DNA of 64,000 nucleotides from the human T2T-CHM13v2.0 reference genome, Homo sapiens (GCF_009914755.1 NC_060926.1), one strand, 5' to 3'. Positions 1 to 15,119 are shown, counted from the stretch's first letter. A program made the numbers and translations. The notes: a model not told the origin generated them from the letters alone.

Positions 1-2388
1 GCACAGCATGACAAGTTACAAATTTAATATAACTAATAAAAATTTGGAGGTGGGAGAAAGAAAGTCTGCTAATTTTTAACTTTTCACAGCAGGAAATAAA
101 CTGATGAGATAATATGTAGTTAACTTTTAAAATGAAATGATCCTAGTCTCTTTTTTCATAATTGTTTTTTTCAACTTTAGTGAAAACACTTAATGCGAAT
201 TCCTTATTGTAAAAAAATCACTTATTTAATTACTGTAATTCTTTTAATTTTCTTTCATTTCTGTTCAAATGAAATAACATCATTTTTATTTAAACAAAAA
301 TAGTATGTAGGATACTCCTGCTTCACCTTCATTTTTTTCTTAGTTCTCCCTCTATAAATATATGTATGTGTGTGGGTATTTGTGGGTGTGGGTATGCAGA
401 AGAGGGAAAACATCTGAAGTGATGTTCCAAGATATAATGATTATTTATGTGTAGTAGAATTTGTTTAATTTTTTATCCTTAATGGTTGTAATTTTTATAG
501 TGAGTACATAATCATTTAATGCAAATCTTTATTTTAAGAGCTTGATAGGGCAATATTATTTAAATCATAAATCTGACTCAGAAGAGCAAATCATACATGC
601 CCCCACATATTTCTGTACTTATTCATTCATTCACTCATTTATTCAATCAGTAACTAATGCCCACTATGTAGAAGTAAAATAGACATTAAACTGTATTAAA
701 CTTAGGTGAGTGCCATTAGGCACTTAATAAGAGAAAGCTTATACTAGATAATTATAAACCATACATGAAACATGTTATGTTCTAAATGAAAAGCATTGTT
801 CTCATAAAATATAAAACCTGGAAGAATAAATACAACATAAATACAACTAACAGAATTTAAACATTTAATTCATACTTAGTGAATGCTATAAATTTTTTTG
901 TAATACAGTAGATATAAGATTTAAAAAAAAAAGAAAAAGGAGGTCATCTTATTCCAACCTTTAAACTAAAGCAAAATCTAAATAAATAAAAATGGCATCT
1001 CAACATAGTGGCATAGGTTTTGAGCCTTTCTAGTGAGAAAAAGGAACCATACTTCCCATTCTAGAAAAAACTGTTTTCTCTCACTCTGCTTTATTGTTAT
1101 TCAATATCTTCTACTTCACGCTATTCTCCTGAGTTACCTCCCTCTGTACAGCCTACCAATCTAATAAGCTTTTTGGCATAAAGGGGAAAGTCTAATGCCT
1201 TCTTAGCATATTTTTCCCTAAGAACACATTTAATCAAATGCCTTATTTCTAATTCCTCATCTCATAACTGTGTTGCTCTTTTTAAGAAACAATCTTTAAG
1301 AATTAACTGAATGAATAAAGTGATGGGAACCACCAGATTAAATTATTTACCAGAAACATTCTAAATTTCGGGGAGGGGGGGATGATATTTAAGCAAAAAT
1401 AATAACCAGCAAAACCTAAAAAGATTTTTTTTTTCAAAAATATGTATATCAATGCATGTCCTTGGTTTACACCTGGTTTTGCTCTGAAATGGGGGAAAGC
1501 CCAGATAACAACTCTTCAAAAACGTTAAATATAATTTCCTCCAGTTGCTTTTTGAAACCCACATACATAATGACATTTGTTAGCTGAGTCTCCACATATG
1601 CCCTGCAAAAAAGTGGTAAGCATTCTCAAAGGTGATGCAAACTGCAGGTATGCAACAGGAAATGCTAAAAAGTGTAGTATTTATACAGTGTTGAAAGTTC
1701 TCAGGGAGACGACTCAAAAGTATTTTTAAAACCATTCTTTGAAACTTGAAGTGCATTTAGCACCAAAACACAGATTTCATAAATATGAATGATAAACTTT
1801 ATATAAGTTATGAATTGCATATATCTTGCCATTTTTGAAAATTGTTTTGCTGGAAGACAATGTGATTATGTATCACCTTCTTTTTATTTATTTATTTATT
1901 TATTTTTTGCCCTATGATTCTTCATATCAACATAGAAGAATTCAGAGGGGAAAAAATTAAAACTGATCCATTTAAGTAACTTTGATACAAGCATATCCAA
2001 TTTTCTCTCCACACCCAGAGTAAAAAGGGTGGAGGCAGAAAGAGAAGAAAGGAGGAGCATTAACAAAATGGAAAGTAAGATTGTAGACAGAAGAAACACG
2101 TGGGCTTATAATATGGCTCTTCTCCCACAGAATGGAAATGGCAACAATGATATATACATAAAAGGTCAAAAAAATGAGCCATGAACTATGGTTAGAAAAT
2201 GTAAGGTTATTTAGTGAGTCAGGCACTGCCACCCAGCTCCAGCACCAACATTTACCACCATTACCACAGACAATGGAAGATGGCTGCTGGAGTGCTCCTC
2301 ATTAGGAAGTCCAGTGTAGTACCTGCTATTCAAGATGCTGTTCTTACCGGCTTTGGTCAAGGGCTGTAACAATGAAGCACAATTCAAA

Positions 2389-2625
2389 GAGTTCCAAACC
2401 AGCCTGGGCAACATAGCAAAACACTATCTCTAAAAAATTAAAAATTAAAAATTAAAAAATAAGCTGGGGGTGATGGGTCACACCTATAGCCTCAGCTACT
2501 CAAGAGGCTGAGGCAGGAGGATAGCTTGAGCCCAGGAGTTTGAGGCTGCAGTGAGCTACAATCATGCCACTGCACTCCAGCCTGGGTGACAGAGCAAGAT
2601 GCTGTCTCAAAAAAAAAAAAAAAAA
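2389..2625 (+). mobile_element. 5'-truncated AluJ-type SINE
   Basis: Alu consensus with J-type gcttgagcccaggagtttgaggctgcag; poly(A) tail. Confidence 0.9.
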
Positions 2626-3070
2626 TGAAAGGGGAGAGAGGAGGGGAGGGGAGATAGGAGAGGAAGGGAGGGGAGGGAGAGGGGAGGGGAGATGGAATGG
2701 GAGGGGAGATGGGAGGAGAGGTGAGAGGGGAAGGGAAAGGTAGGGGAGGGAAGAGGGAGGGGAGGGGAGGGGATGGGAGGAGAGGGGAGGGGAGGGGAGG
2801 AGAGCAGAGATGGAATGGGAGGGGAGATGGGAGGAGAGGTGAGATGGGAGGAGAGGGGAGAGGGGAGCAGGGAGAGGGGAGCGGGGAAAGGGAAGAGGGG
2901 AGGGGAGAGGAGAAGGGAGGGGAGGGGAGATGGGAGGACAGGTGAGATGGGAGGAGAGGGGAGAGGGGAGAGGGAAGAGGGGAGGGGAGAGGGGAAGGGA
3001 GGAGAGGGGAAGGGAGGAGAGGGGAGGGGAGGGGAAGGGAGGACAGAGGAGGGGAGGGGAGGGGAGGGAA
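2626..3070 (+). repeat. GA-rich polypurine low-complexity tract
   Basis: About 445 nt almost entirely G/A, with degenerate GGGGA and GAGATGGGAGGAGAGG units. Confidence 0.95.
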
Positions 3071-3530
3071 GAATATGGTCTTCATAGGCCTGTAGACCAT
3101 GGCTCACGACCCATATCTCCATAGTCGAGTTGACACATGTAAAGCACTTACTGCTTGGCAGGTACACAGCAAGTTTTCAGGATATGTGCTCCCTTCCCTA
3201 TGTCCCTCTTTCATTTTTTTTTTTTTCACTCAAATTTTTACCTAACACAATAAGATCTAAGACATTTAAAACTATACTGTTCCTAGGACTAACAAGAAAG
3301 GCTGCCAATTTAAGTTTTAATACAGTGGTTTTGGATACTGTACATTGATATGGGTGACCTCTGATGGTCTCTTTTACACCTATGGAAAACATCGTTCAGG
3401 TGAATAGAGAAACAGTGTACCATAGTGCAAAGATGTCTGGACATGTTGTCACTATATTTGGGTCCTGGTCATGGCTCTACCAATCATGTGCTCTATGGCA
3501 AATTACAGCTGCTCTGAATCTTGGCTTCAT

Positions 3531-3770
3531 GTGGGTGGATCACCTGAGGTCTGGAGTTCAAGACCAGCCTGGCCAACATGGTGAAACCCTGTCTCTACTA
3601 AAAATACAAAAATTAGCTAGGCATCTGATGGCAGACGCCTGTAATCCCAGCTACTTGGGAGGCTGAGGCAGGAGAATTGTTTGAACCAAGAGGAAGAGGT
3701 TGCAGTGAGCCGAGATTGTGCCATTGCACTCCTGCCTGGGTGACAGAGTGAGACTTTGTCTCCAAAAAAA
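3531..3770 (+). mobile_element. 5'-truncated AluS-type SINE
   Basis: ggatcacctgaggtc...gagactttgtctc followed by A tail. Confidence 0.9.
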
Positions 3771-5455
3771 GAGAAAATCAGAATACTGCACTAGACCAAG
3801 ATACTTTCCAGCTTTAAAATTTTATTCTATTGTCTTAAGTATTGCTTGAAATTCAACTGGGCTAGGCACTATAAGAGGCAAAAAGAGTAAGTATGAGGTC
3901 CACCTAAATATAAAAAACTGACAAGCTACCTAGAGAGAAAAGAGACAGATACATGACAATTAATTAATGGGAGCTATTCATGTATAGAACATAAGCACTA
4001 TGATAGAAACATTATATAATAATATAAAAAGATACACTATATAATAAAATAAAAATACCTTTTCTAAAACAAATGAGGGATAAAAGAAGCTGTAGAAATA
4101 GCCTGAACTAAGAAGAGAAGCAGAACTTAAGTCTGCAAGCCTTCGTACCTCATGTTTAAAATGCAGATAATAACACCTAATATTTATTTGTCAAAACACA
4201 AAGCGGATAAATTATATGATCTCCTAAGGGTCCACTGAGAGCCAATATCACATATTCTATAGTAGGATACAGATAACAAAAACTTAAAAGCTGAAAAGAC
4301 AATCTTATTGTGGGGAAAAAAAACTAATTAGAGAGGTGAGGAGGAGAATTGAATTGAGAATACTTTGAAACTTTTAGTATGGCACCCAAAATCCTTCACC
4401 ATCTGGTTCCAACTTTCCTTTCTAGCCTATTTCCCACATCCCACCACCACCAAATCTCATATTTTCAGGGGGCTATTTATCATGCCCTGATTTTGGTCCC
4501 AAGTAACTGAAAATAAGGAAATGTGACTTAAAATTAAAACCACATGGATCAAAACAGAGATACGAAAATTCCCCTGCTTCCTTAGCTCTTGAGACTTCCC
4601 TGTAACTTGACAGAATATTTAAACATATCTAAAAGGAGAATGCACCCATCCAGAAGCTATGGGAAATACGGGTGAGGCTAGTCAGGAACGAAATCCAAGA
4701 AGTCACCTAGGCAAATGCTGACAAGGTCAAGCTAAGCTACCATGAGAGGGAAAGTGGTGGCTGACTTGACTCCAATAACGGTTTCCTTGGCAAAGATATT
4801 CCTATAGTGGGTAAGACTGCCTCAAGCTAACTCAGGTGAGAGATACTTCTTAAAACAAATATCCTTCCTGGATCTCTTTCCATGCTCCAAATGTGGTCTT
4901 CCAGTAATGTGACTTCCCATGTATCTTGCCAGGAGAGAAGGAGCGCAATGGTCAGAAATGCTGGGTAAACTTGACAGCTGTATTTCTCAATCAATTGACC
5001 TCCATATTAATAACTTGGCTTCCCAAGAATCCTGTCTACAGGAAGACAGGGAGGCAGTGTACTGATTTGTCAAGATAAGCAATCCAATCTACTTGACAGT
5101 TGTATTTCTCATTGGAAATTAATAAACTGACACACTGACAAACATATATAAATATATAGATATCCATGTATCAGTTTCCAAGATCTTGGTTAATGCAAGC
5201 CCACTCCTAAGACAGACCCACTCCCAGTGGGCTCAGCAAATCAGGTGTCTGAAAGTATAAGGTCAAAGACCAGACCTTGAACTGGGATGATTCAACCAAG
5301 GGAAGTCCAGTCACTTGAGGCCTGTTGGCAGCAATACACCACTTTGCATGGCCTTGCAACAAATGCCTTTAACATTCACATTACAAAATATGGGAAACAT
5401 ATCTGTAACTTCATTCCTGTATTCATACAATATTTCCTCTTTCAAGAATACCCTC

Positions 5456-5785
<330 letters not shown>

Positions 5786-6384
5786 CTAACTGAGGACCTC
5801 CTCCTCTTCCTTTAAGGTTACAGCTCAAATGTCCATTCTTACTCACATCTTCCTCAGTTACTCAGGTAAAATTAATCACATCCCTAGCAACCTAGGCACA
5901 CCACCCTCTGCCAGCACTCTCAAATCAGAGTGGAGAATCCAGTTTGACTCCTTCCATCAACTGCTCACCTCTCCAACAAGGCCCACACATTCATCTATAT
6001 TCACAGCTCCTACCATGGCACCCTGTATGCTCTAAGTGCTCACTAAGAGTTGAGAAGTAGAAGGTAAAGAGCTGGAATACGTAAAGAATTTGAGGTGAAA
6101 TAATTCTATAAAGGGAGAAAATAACCAGCTAAGAAAGTGAGAAAGTAGGACTAGATGAGGTCATTGTGAGAAGAGAACAAGGTCAAGAGCAGAGTTCACT
6201 GTGGAGGGTTACTGGAGAAAATGATGGAAAGGAAACTTATGAACAAATTACTGAAGATACTAGAAGGTTAATAAAGGGGTGTAAATAGGATTAAGTAGCA
6301 AAATGAAGAAATAGTAAGTTCTTAGAAAGAGGGGTAACATCCAGAATTTGAAAAATGGCAAAAAGTGGTTGTAAAAAAGAATCA

Positions 6385-6600
6385 GAGCTTGGGAGCCAGG
6401 GTGGAAATCACTACCCCACAGCCCCATCACACTTAATGACTAGCAAGTTATTTAACTTCTGTAAGCCTCAATTTCCTTATCCATAAAATTTTCTTTACCT
6501 ATAGATACAACAATATCTACTTTGCATGGTAGTTTTGAAGATTAGATGATATCTAGATCAGTGACTGAGACATTGTACCAATCGATAGTAGCTGCTACTG
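6385..6600 (+). mobile_element. MIR SINE remnant
   Basis: Core caagttatttaacttctgtaagcctcaatttccttatccataaaat. Confidence 0.7.
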
Positions 6601-6729
6601 TGATTGGTTTTACAAACATTAATCTAGCAATGTAAGTAAAGTGAATTAAAGGAGGACTGGAAGTTGAAACATCTCTTAAGAGGAAACTGCAACAGTCACT
6701 TGCTTTGGGCACAGGTATAATCTTAAATT

Positions 6730-6930
6730 CACTTTACCTTGGCCTTAGTAATGGCTTTACCCTTAACCAGCAATGATAACTCAGGCAAGTCACTACTACT
6801 TTCGGTACATATGTCCCCATCTGCAGACTTATTTAATAAACTCTGACCTTCCTACTTCACAAATTTGTTGTATGGGTTATTTTAAATCAAGAAAAAAATA
6901 CATTTGTAAGTGTTTCACAAACTATAAAGT
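6730..6930 (+). mobile_element. MIR SINE remnant
   Basis: ggcaagtcact...ccccatctgca...cctacttcaca. Confidence 0.55.
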
Positions 6931-7918
6931 ACTTTGGGGAAAAGAAAGAAATGAAGAACATGGGGCAATTTTAGGAAACATTTTCAGGAAAGGCTCAAGG
7001 ACATTAGAGGTATTGGAAGGTAAGGGACACAGCATAAAGGACACCACACTAAAAATGTCAAGGTATTAAGAGAATGCTTCTTTAAAAGAAATGCAGATAT
7101 TTAGAGGAAAAAAAAATAATCTGAAGGAGATGATTTGGGATCTATTCTAAGATGAAAGTGCAGGACTAGAGTTTAGGTGATAGGCAATGATGTGAAATAG
7201 AACTCTGAGAATCACCGGCAATACCCATCAGAGTGTGAGAATTATGATTTATCTGTGATACAAATGCTAAACAAGAAGAACTAAAGTTATTATAAGATTC
7301 AAAATGGAATAAGTAAACGCCTAGCAAAGGAAAAGTACAAACCCACCCTAACACCTCAGAGACAGGTATTACAGGAAGAAGAGTAGGCAGCAGAGACTTC
7401 AAAGGAAAGTGCTCATGTAGCTGAAAAGCCAAGGTCATGTGACATTAGCATGTCAAGGAGATTGAGAACTGAGAAAAATAACCCTCTACATTTGGCTAGA
7501 TGTGGTCACCAGTGACCTTCACGAGTGCAGTTCCAGTACAGAGGTGGGACAAAAGCCAGATTGCAAGGAGTTAATCATAATTCTATGATCCTAACACAAA
7601 AAAGCAGTTGCCAGTAAACTGAAGGTGAAATTCACAGATAAGAGAAAAGCACATTTAATAATTGAAAGGGGACAAACTTTATCTCAAGAAAGCTTCTTAG
7701 GATTTTTAACACTTCCACAGGAGAAATAGGACTTAGGTTTTTAAAAATCTCCTGAAAGTTATATTTAAGTAGTAAAACAGATGAAAATTTTCCTGCAACT
7801 GAAAGACAAAAAGAGAGAGAGGTGAGTTAGCCCTAATAGCGATCTAAACTTTTGATTACAATTCATTCACATGCTCTAAATAGGTATTTCAATACATTAT
7901 ACTTAATAACAACTGTAG

Positions 7919-8718
7919 TGCTATGGACTGAGTGTTTCTGTCTCCCAAAATTCCTATGTTAAAGCCTTATCCCCAGTGTGATGGTATTTGAAGGTGGGGC
8001 CAATGGGAGGTGATACAGTTTGAATATTAGTTCCCTCTAAACATCATGTTGAAATTTGATTTCCAATATTGGTAGTATTGGAGGTGTTGCAGGTGGGGCC
8101 TGATGGGAGGAGTTTGGATCAGGAAATCAGATCCCTCATGAATGGCTTGGGGGTGGCCATTCTCATGGTAATGAGTGAGTTCTCATTCTATAAATTCCCC
8201 ACAAGAACTGATTGTTACAAACAGCCTAATGGTTTCCTCCCTTCTCTCTTCCTCCCTCTAATGCCTGCTCCCTTTCTTCTGCCATGAATGGTAGTTCCCT
8301 GAAGCCCTCACCAGAAGCAGATGCTGGTGCCATGTTTCTTGTACAGCCTGCAGAACCGTGGGCCAAATAAACCTCATTTCTTTCTAAATTACCCAGGCTC
8401 AGGTATTCCCTTATAGCAATGCACAATAGACTAAGGCAGGAGTATTTAAGATTTGAGGGAGGAGCCCTCATGAATGGGGCTAGTGCCCTTATAAAAGATG
8501 CCAAAGAATTTCCTTCCTCTCTGCTCTCTATGTGGCAATACAATGAGAAGGTGGCCATCTGCTAACCAGGAAGCAAGCCCTCACCAGACAAAGGATCTGC
8601 TAGCACTTTGATCTTGGATTTCCCAGTCTCCAGAACTGTAAGAAATAAATATCTGTTGTTTAAACCACCCAGTTGAGGATGTATTTGTTATAACAGCCTA
8701 AACTGACCAAAAAATACA
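7919..8718 (+). mobile_element. MaLR solo LTR (MLT1A-like), interrupted by an MST LTR
   Basis: Starts tgctatggactg; 3' part ctccagaactgtaagaaataaatatctgttgtttaaaccaccc. Confidence 0.85.
8011..8438 (+). mobile_element. MaLR solo LTR (MSTB-like) nested in MLT1A
   Basis: TG...CA ends; 5-bp TSD ggagg/ggagt; aataaacctc...aattacccagg. Confidence 0.85.
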
Positions 8719-8796
8719 GGCAAACCAAGGTATCCTTTGTGTGAATAAATTACATATTACTAAAAAGAGCAGTTAAATAACATTGCTATGTTATAA

Positions 8797-9156
<360 letters not shown>

Positions 9157-10217
9157 TAAATCTACGTAAGATGTTACAAATGTCTTTTTGAGATTCCATT
9201 CATAATATACGCTAACTGATATTTGATTTAAATAAGTATTCACCGTTACTTTTAATTCATTTAAAAGTAAAATATAATCCCAAAAAATCATTTTTAAATA
9301 ATAATAATTCTAAAAACCATAATGGGAGAAGCTGAGTAAAACTCCCCCAAGAATCTTAAGGGTCCTAGGATGTTGCTTGATGCAGTTCTTCAAAAGAAAA
9401 GAGGAGAGAAAGAGATTCTGCTTGTACCTCAATTGCCAAAACTTTTGTCCTAATTTCACAACTGTGAATGATATCGTTAATTTTTAACTTTTTTTATTTT
9501 TTGCATAGTAAAATGTTACACCAAAGAAATAATATATAAATACAGACATAATCCAAAAATATCATTTGGGTCAAGTTTTATCCTTCTCACCCCAAAAATC
9601 TATGGTCAAAGATACCAATTATAACTGATTTTATACAGTTGGTTCTTTTTTGCTTTCCAAGATATGGAAGGGGTTCTAATGAAACATTCCAAAATAAAAT
9701 GACCTAAGAAAAAAATACAACGGGCCAGAAAAATCCAAATTTCCCTGATTCTGACTAAGATCCAGAAGGAAAGAACACTAAACTAGAAATTAGAAGCTCT
9801 AGTTTTAGTCCAGTCCACATGGAAAAACCCCATTTAATTACTATGCTATCCAACTTCCTCATTTAGTAAAAAAAAAAAACTCACCTATTCCACCTACTTC
9901 CAAAACCGTTATAATCATAAAATATAGCAGCATATATAAGAAATATAAATTACATTTGTAACGCATTATAATACTAAGAGAGCTTCACAAATATAAGGCA
10001 ATAACTATTGATCATTATTTTATAGTTTAGATGGGTTATTTTAATTAATCTATATACTATAAGCTTAACAGATTTTTTAATATTATAATACCACATTTTA
10101 TTATTTCAATTATTCTCTGAACTCTAATGGACATATTTAGTTGTGAATGTCTATATAGTAAAATGTTGATTATCCAGTCAGTTAGGATTTCTACATTGTT
10201 TAGAAGGTGGTCTACCA

Positions 10218-10874
10218 GAAATAGGAATGCTTTTACACTGTTGGTGGGAGTGTAAATTAGTTCAACCACTGTGGAAGACAGTGTGGCAATTCCTCAAGGA
10301 TCTAGAACCAGAAATACCATTTGACCCAGCAATCCCATTACTGGGTATATACCCAATGGATTTGAAATCATCCAACCGTAAAGATACATGCACACGTATG
10401 TTTATTGCAGCATTATTTACAATAGCAAAGACTTGGAACCAACCCAAATGCCCATCAATGATAGACTGGATAAAGAAAACGCGGCACATATAAACCATGG
10501 AATACTTTGCAGCCATAAAAAGAATGCGTTAATGTCCTTTGCAGGGACATGGATGAAGCTGGAAACTATCGTTCTCAGCAAACTAACACGGGAACAGAAA
10601 ACCAAACACTGCATGTTCTCACTCATAAGTGGAAGTTGAACAATGAAAACACATGGACACAGGAAGGGGAACATCACATACTGGGGCCTGCCGGGGGTGG
10701 GGGGGCAAGGGGAGGGATAGCACTGGGAGAAATACCTAATGCATATGGGGCTTAAAACCTAGATGATGGGTTGATATAGGGCAACAAACCACCATGGCAC
10801 ATGTATACCTTTGTAACAAACCTGCACGTTCTGCCCATGTATCCCAGAACTTAAAGTAAAACAAAAAAATAAAA
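10218..10874 (+). mobile_element. 5'-truncated L1PA (L1PA7/8-like): ORF2 C-terminus and 3'UTR
   Basis: ORF 10227-10493 reads HCWWECKLVQPLWKTVW...CTRMFIAALFTIAKTWNQPKCP (L1 ORF2p C-terminus). 16-bp TSD agaaggtggtct(a/t)cca. Confidence 0.95.
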
Positions 10875-11569
10875 AGAAGGTGGTCTTCCAAGAAAAGATA
10901 ATAACACTTAAATGCAAATTGGATGAAAGATATTTCTTAGCTACTCTTAAAAGATCTGGTAGGAAAGAGAGGTTTAAATAATAAACTTAAGATTACTACT
11001 ATTTACTTATATTTCCTTGAGCGGGGTTCACTTTCTCTAAGTAAAGATTACAAGTACTTAATATTTTCTCTTCTTATGTCTAAAATCACTCCCATCTATT
11101 ACACAACTAATTCTTATTAGTTTTTTCCCCCAGTAAAACAAAACTACATAAATGTACTTCTCTTTTTGGTCTTTCAACTAAATTTTCATAGGAAGGGTAA
11201 GTGTAAAGATTTCTTTATGTTTTTAAGCAGAAGTTTGGTCTATTCCTCAAATAAAGTAATTCCATGGAAATAGCTGTTACATAAAATCATCATGTCATAA
11301 AACATGACAGCAGTCACAAGCATTTGAAAAGCACTTGAAGTGTGACCCTATTTGCTCACACTCTAGAAATAAACATATAATCCATGCTGCTTTCTTAATC
11401 ACTACAATCTAAATATTGAACAGCTTGGCTTCTGATATTCTTTCACCAGCATACAGAAGGAACCAGACTAGCCATTTGAGAATTAGTTTACGAATTATCC
11501 ATTTCAGAGGACTGGGTCTCAGAGAACAGTCTTAAAGCCAAATGTAAATCTAGAGTAAAGAAATTTTAC

Positions 11570-11607
11570 CTCTCAGTAACTTTCCTACATAAAGACTGAG
11601 AAATCAC
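11570..11607 (-). other. Candidate 38-nt microexon
   Basis: Minus strand: ctctgaatttcacag|GTGATTTCTCAGTCTTTATGTAGGAAAGTTACTGAGAG|gtaaaa. Confidence 0.45.
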
Positions 11608-12751
11608 CTGTGAAATTCAGAGTAGACAATAATATAAATAATTACATGTAACCTAAGGCTGAAGGTAGTGAGCAAAACTGGGAAGAAGTTTAAAAAACAT
11701 TTCAGTACCTTTTTCTACAGGGCTCTTTCCAGAATGCTCCCTGCTCCCCCACCACTATGGCTTCTCCCTCAATCTCTACCAGTTTACCCTCCTCCCTTTA
11801 AAAAACTGTACTGAGCAAGTCAGGTAATATCTATAGGGAAGGAAAATGAAACGAACTATTCCACTACCTTTGCCTCAACCTGAATCTCTTGTTTAAAGTC
11901 TCTGACAATCAATAATCTTAGTTGAAAGAGAAGTCTAAAAAACTTATAAATGAAGCTCCTACATACTCCTCCCTGATCCCATTTCCCTCCTTCTTTCCCA
12001 AAGGTAACCACTTTGCTGACATGTGTATCACTTCTACCACTATTTAAACATCCTCTATATGTGATTGCTTTTATAGAATGAAACTCCATAAGCCCACAGG
12101 CTGTGTCTGATATTGTTCTCTGTGTAGCATCTAGTAATCAGCGTACTGTAATCATTTAAATGCTACAAATAACTCCAAAGAAAAATTAATATTTAGTGAA
12201 ACTAATTAAACAGAACCATATATTGTCACAATAGGGGGAAAAAAACAAATTTCTTCCCCATCTATCAAACTCAGTTATGCATCTATTGTATAAAGTTAAT
12301 CCAAAAATTAAAATTGTTGAAAATGTGGGTTTTAATTTAAAATACTGATTGAATAAAATTTAAAATACCAAACAAAATTTAGGTTTGAAAAAAATACATC
12401 TTTCATCCAAACAATTCCCTATAAACTCAACAATTATAATTTATTCTGATTTTTGTTTCACTACATTAGATGTTATTTTTCCATATTCCCTAAGCAGCAA
12501 CAAATAACACTATGCATGAGGACTGATCTAATTACATGCCAAAAAAGACAGACCAGCACCCTCACACTCCACACTCCCCTCTGTGGCTCCTTCATACCCC
12601 ATATGTTGCTAATAAAACTGTTTGAATCATACCTAAGAGACAGTTTTACTGACACAGTATCAGGCCTCTGGGTTCTTCACAAGGCAAACTATACTACCAG
12701 AACTGTTACAAATGCTAATTTTAAGATTGAGGCAAATGGAAATCTACATTA

Positions 12752-12801
12752 TGTGTGTGTGTGTATGTGTGTGTGTGCATGCATGCGTGTGTGTATGTGT
12801 G
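12752..12801. repeat. Imperfect (TG)n microsatellite
   Basis: Alternating purine-pyrimidine run. Confidence 0.9.
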
Positions 12802-13136
12802 CAAATACAGGCACAGATATACTCTGGGGCATTAAAAACTTGCATTAAAATCACAATTTCATTATTTGATTCTTTAAAATCCCCATTTTAGCTATAAAGA
12901 CATAGAAGGTTCTGACATCTGAACTGCATGAAATTTGAGAAACAGAAAGCCGCATATTTTTTATATTGTTAATATGATCAATTCAAAGATCTGACTGGTA
13001 GAAAATAATGACAGCAAGAATTCTTAGTAATAATTATTTAAAAACACTAAAAGGAAAGGAAAACAATGGAACATTGAAGCAACAATCAGAAATATACATA
13101 CCTAATAAATTGATAAATAATCCAGTATTTATGTAC

Positions 13137-13221
13137 CTTTCTACTTCAGAAAGCTCCAGCGCTTTCATCGCATGTATATTCAAATTCACCACATGAAATA
13201 TTTTCTTATAAAATATGAATG
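13137..13221 (-). other. Candidate 85-nt exon containing an ATG-initiated frame MKALELSEVE(R/S)
   Basis: Minus strand: gttaatcatttcatttcag|CATTCA...GTAGAAAG|gtacat. Branch-like ttaat upstream. Two CpGs retained in AT-rich context. Confidence 0.65.
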
Positions 13222-13868
13222 CTGAAATGAAATGATTAACAAAAAGCTAAAAAAAAAAAGTCTGTAAATACTGATATTATAGGAAACGCTCAATTAGATC
13301 AAGACAAATGCATTCTCTTTTTTTTCTAGAAAACTTCTCCAGGGGACTCCTCCCTAAGATGTTATTCCAACATGATCTCAATTAATCCTCAGGGAACAAG
13401 ACTCCTTTTAACAAGCTGGCTTATGTACAAAAGGGGTATGACAATTCCTAGTCTCCTCTAAGTTGTGACGGCAACAAATAAAAAACAGGAAACAAGGCTG
13501 CTGGTTCAAGTACTAACCTTTCATAGGACGGTCTGACCATTATCCCAGGACTCAAAAAGCCCAATCAACACCACCAGGCAGGGGAGGGAAAAGAACTCAA
13601 GTTCAGAAGGTTTGGAGGAGTACTCTAAGGACTGGTCTTATATGGAGTAAATTCATGATCAAGAACACACACCAATGCTGAAACATAATAGTTGTGCCTC
13701 TAAGTAAAACATATGACAAGGACATAAATTACTGGATGTAACCATTTATTGGAAGAGGATTTACTGAATTTAAATTATAGAATTCTGGAGTTGGCAGGAA
13801 TTTGAGGGTCACAACCCTCTCCAAACAGAAGACTTCATATAACTTTCTTCTTAGGGACAATGGCCCAG

Positions 13869-15119
<1,251 letters not shown>

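Noticed and set aside
1880-2388. Possible processed pseudogene (T-rich tail next to unique sequence)
   Set aside because: No recognisable parent protein and no TSD found
2492-3167. Long Pro/Ser-rich (minus) and Gly/Glu/Arg-rich (plus) ORFs
   Set aside because: Translations of the polypurine tract and adjacent Alu; stop codons are absent for compositional reasons
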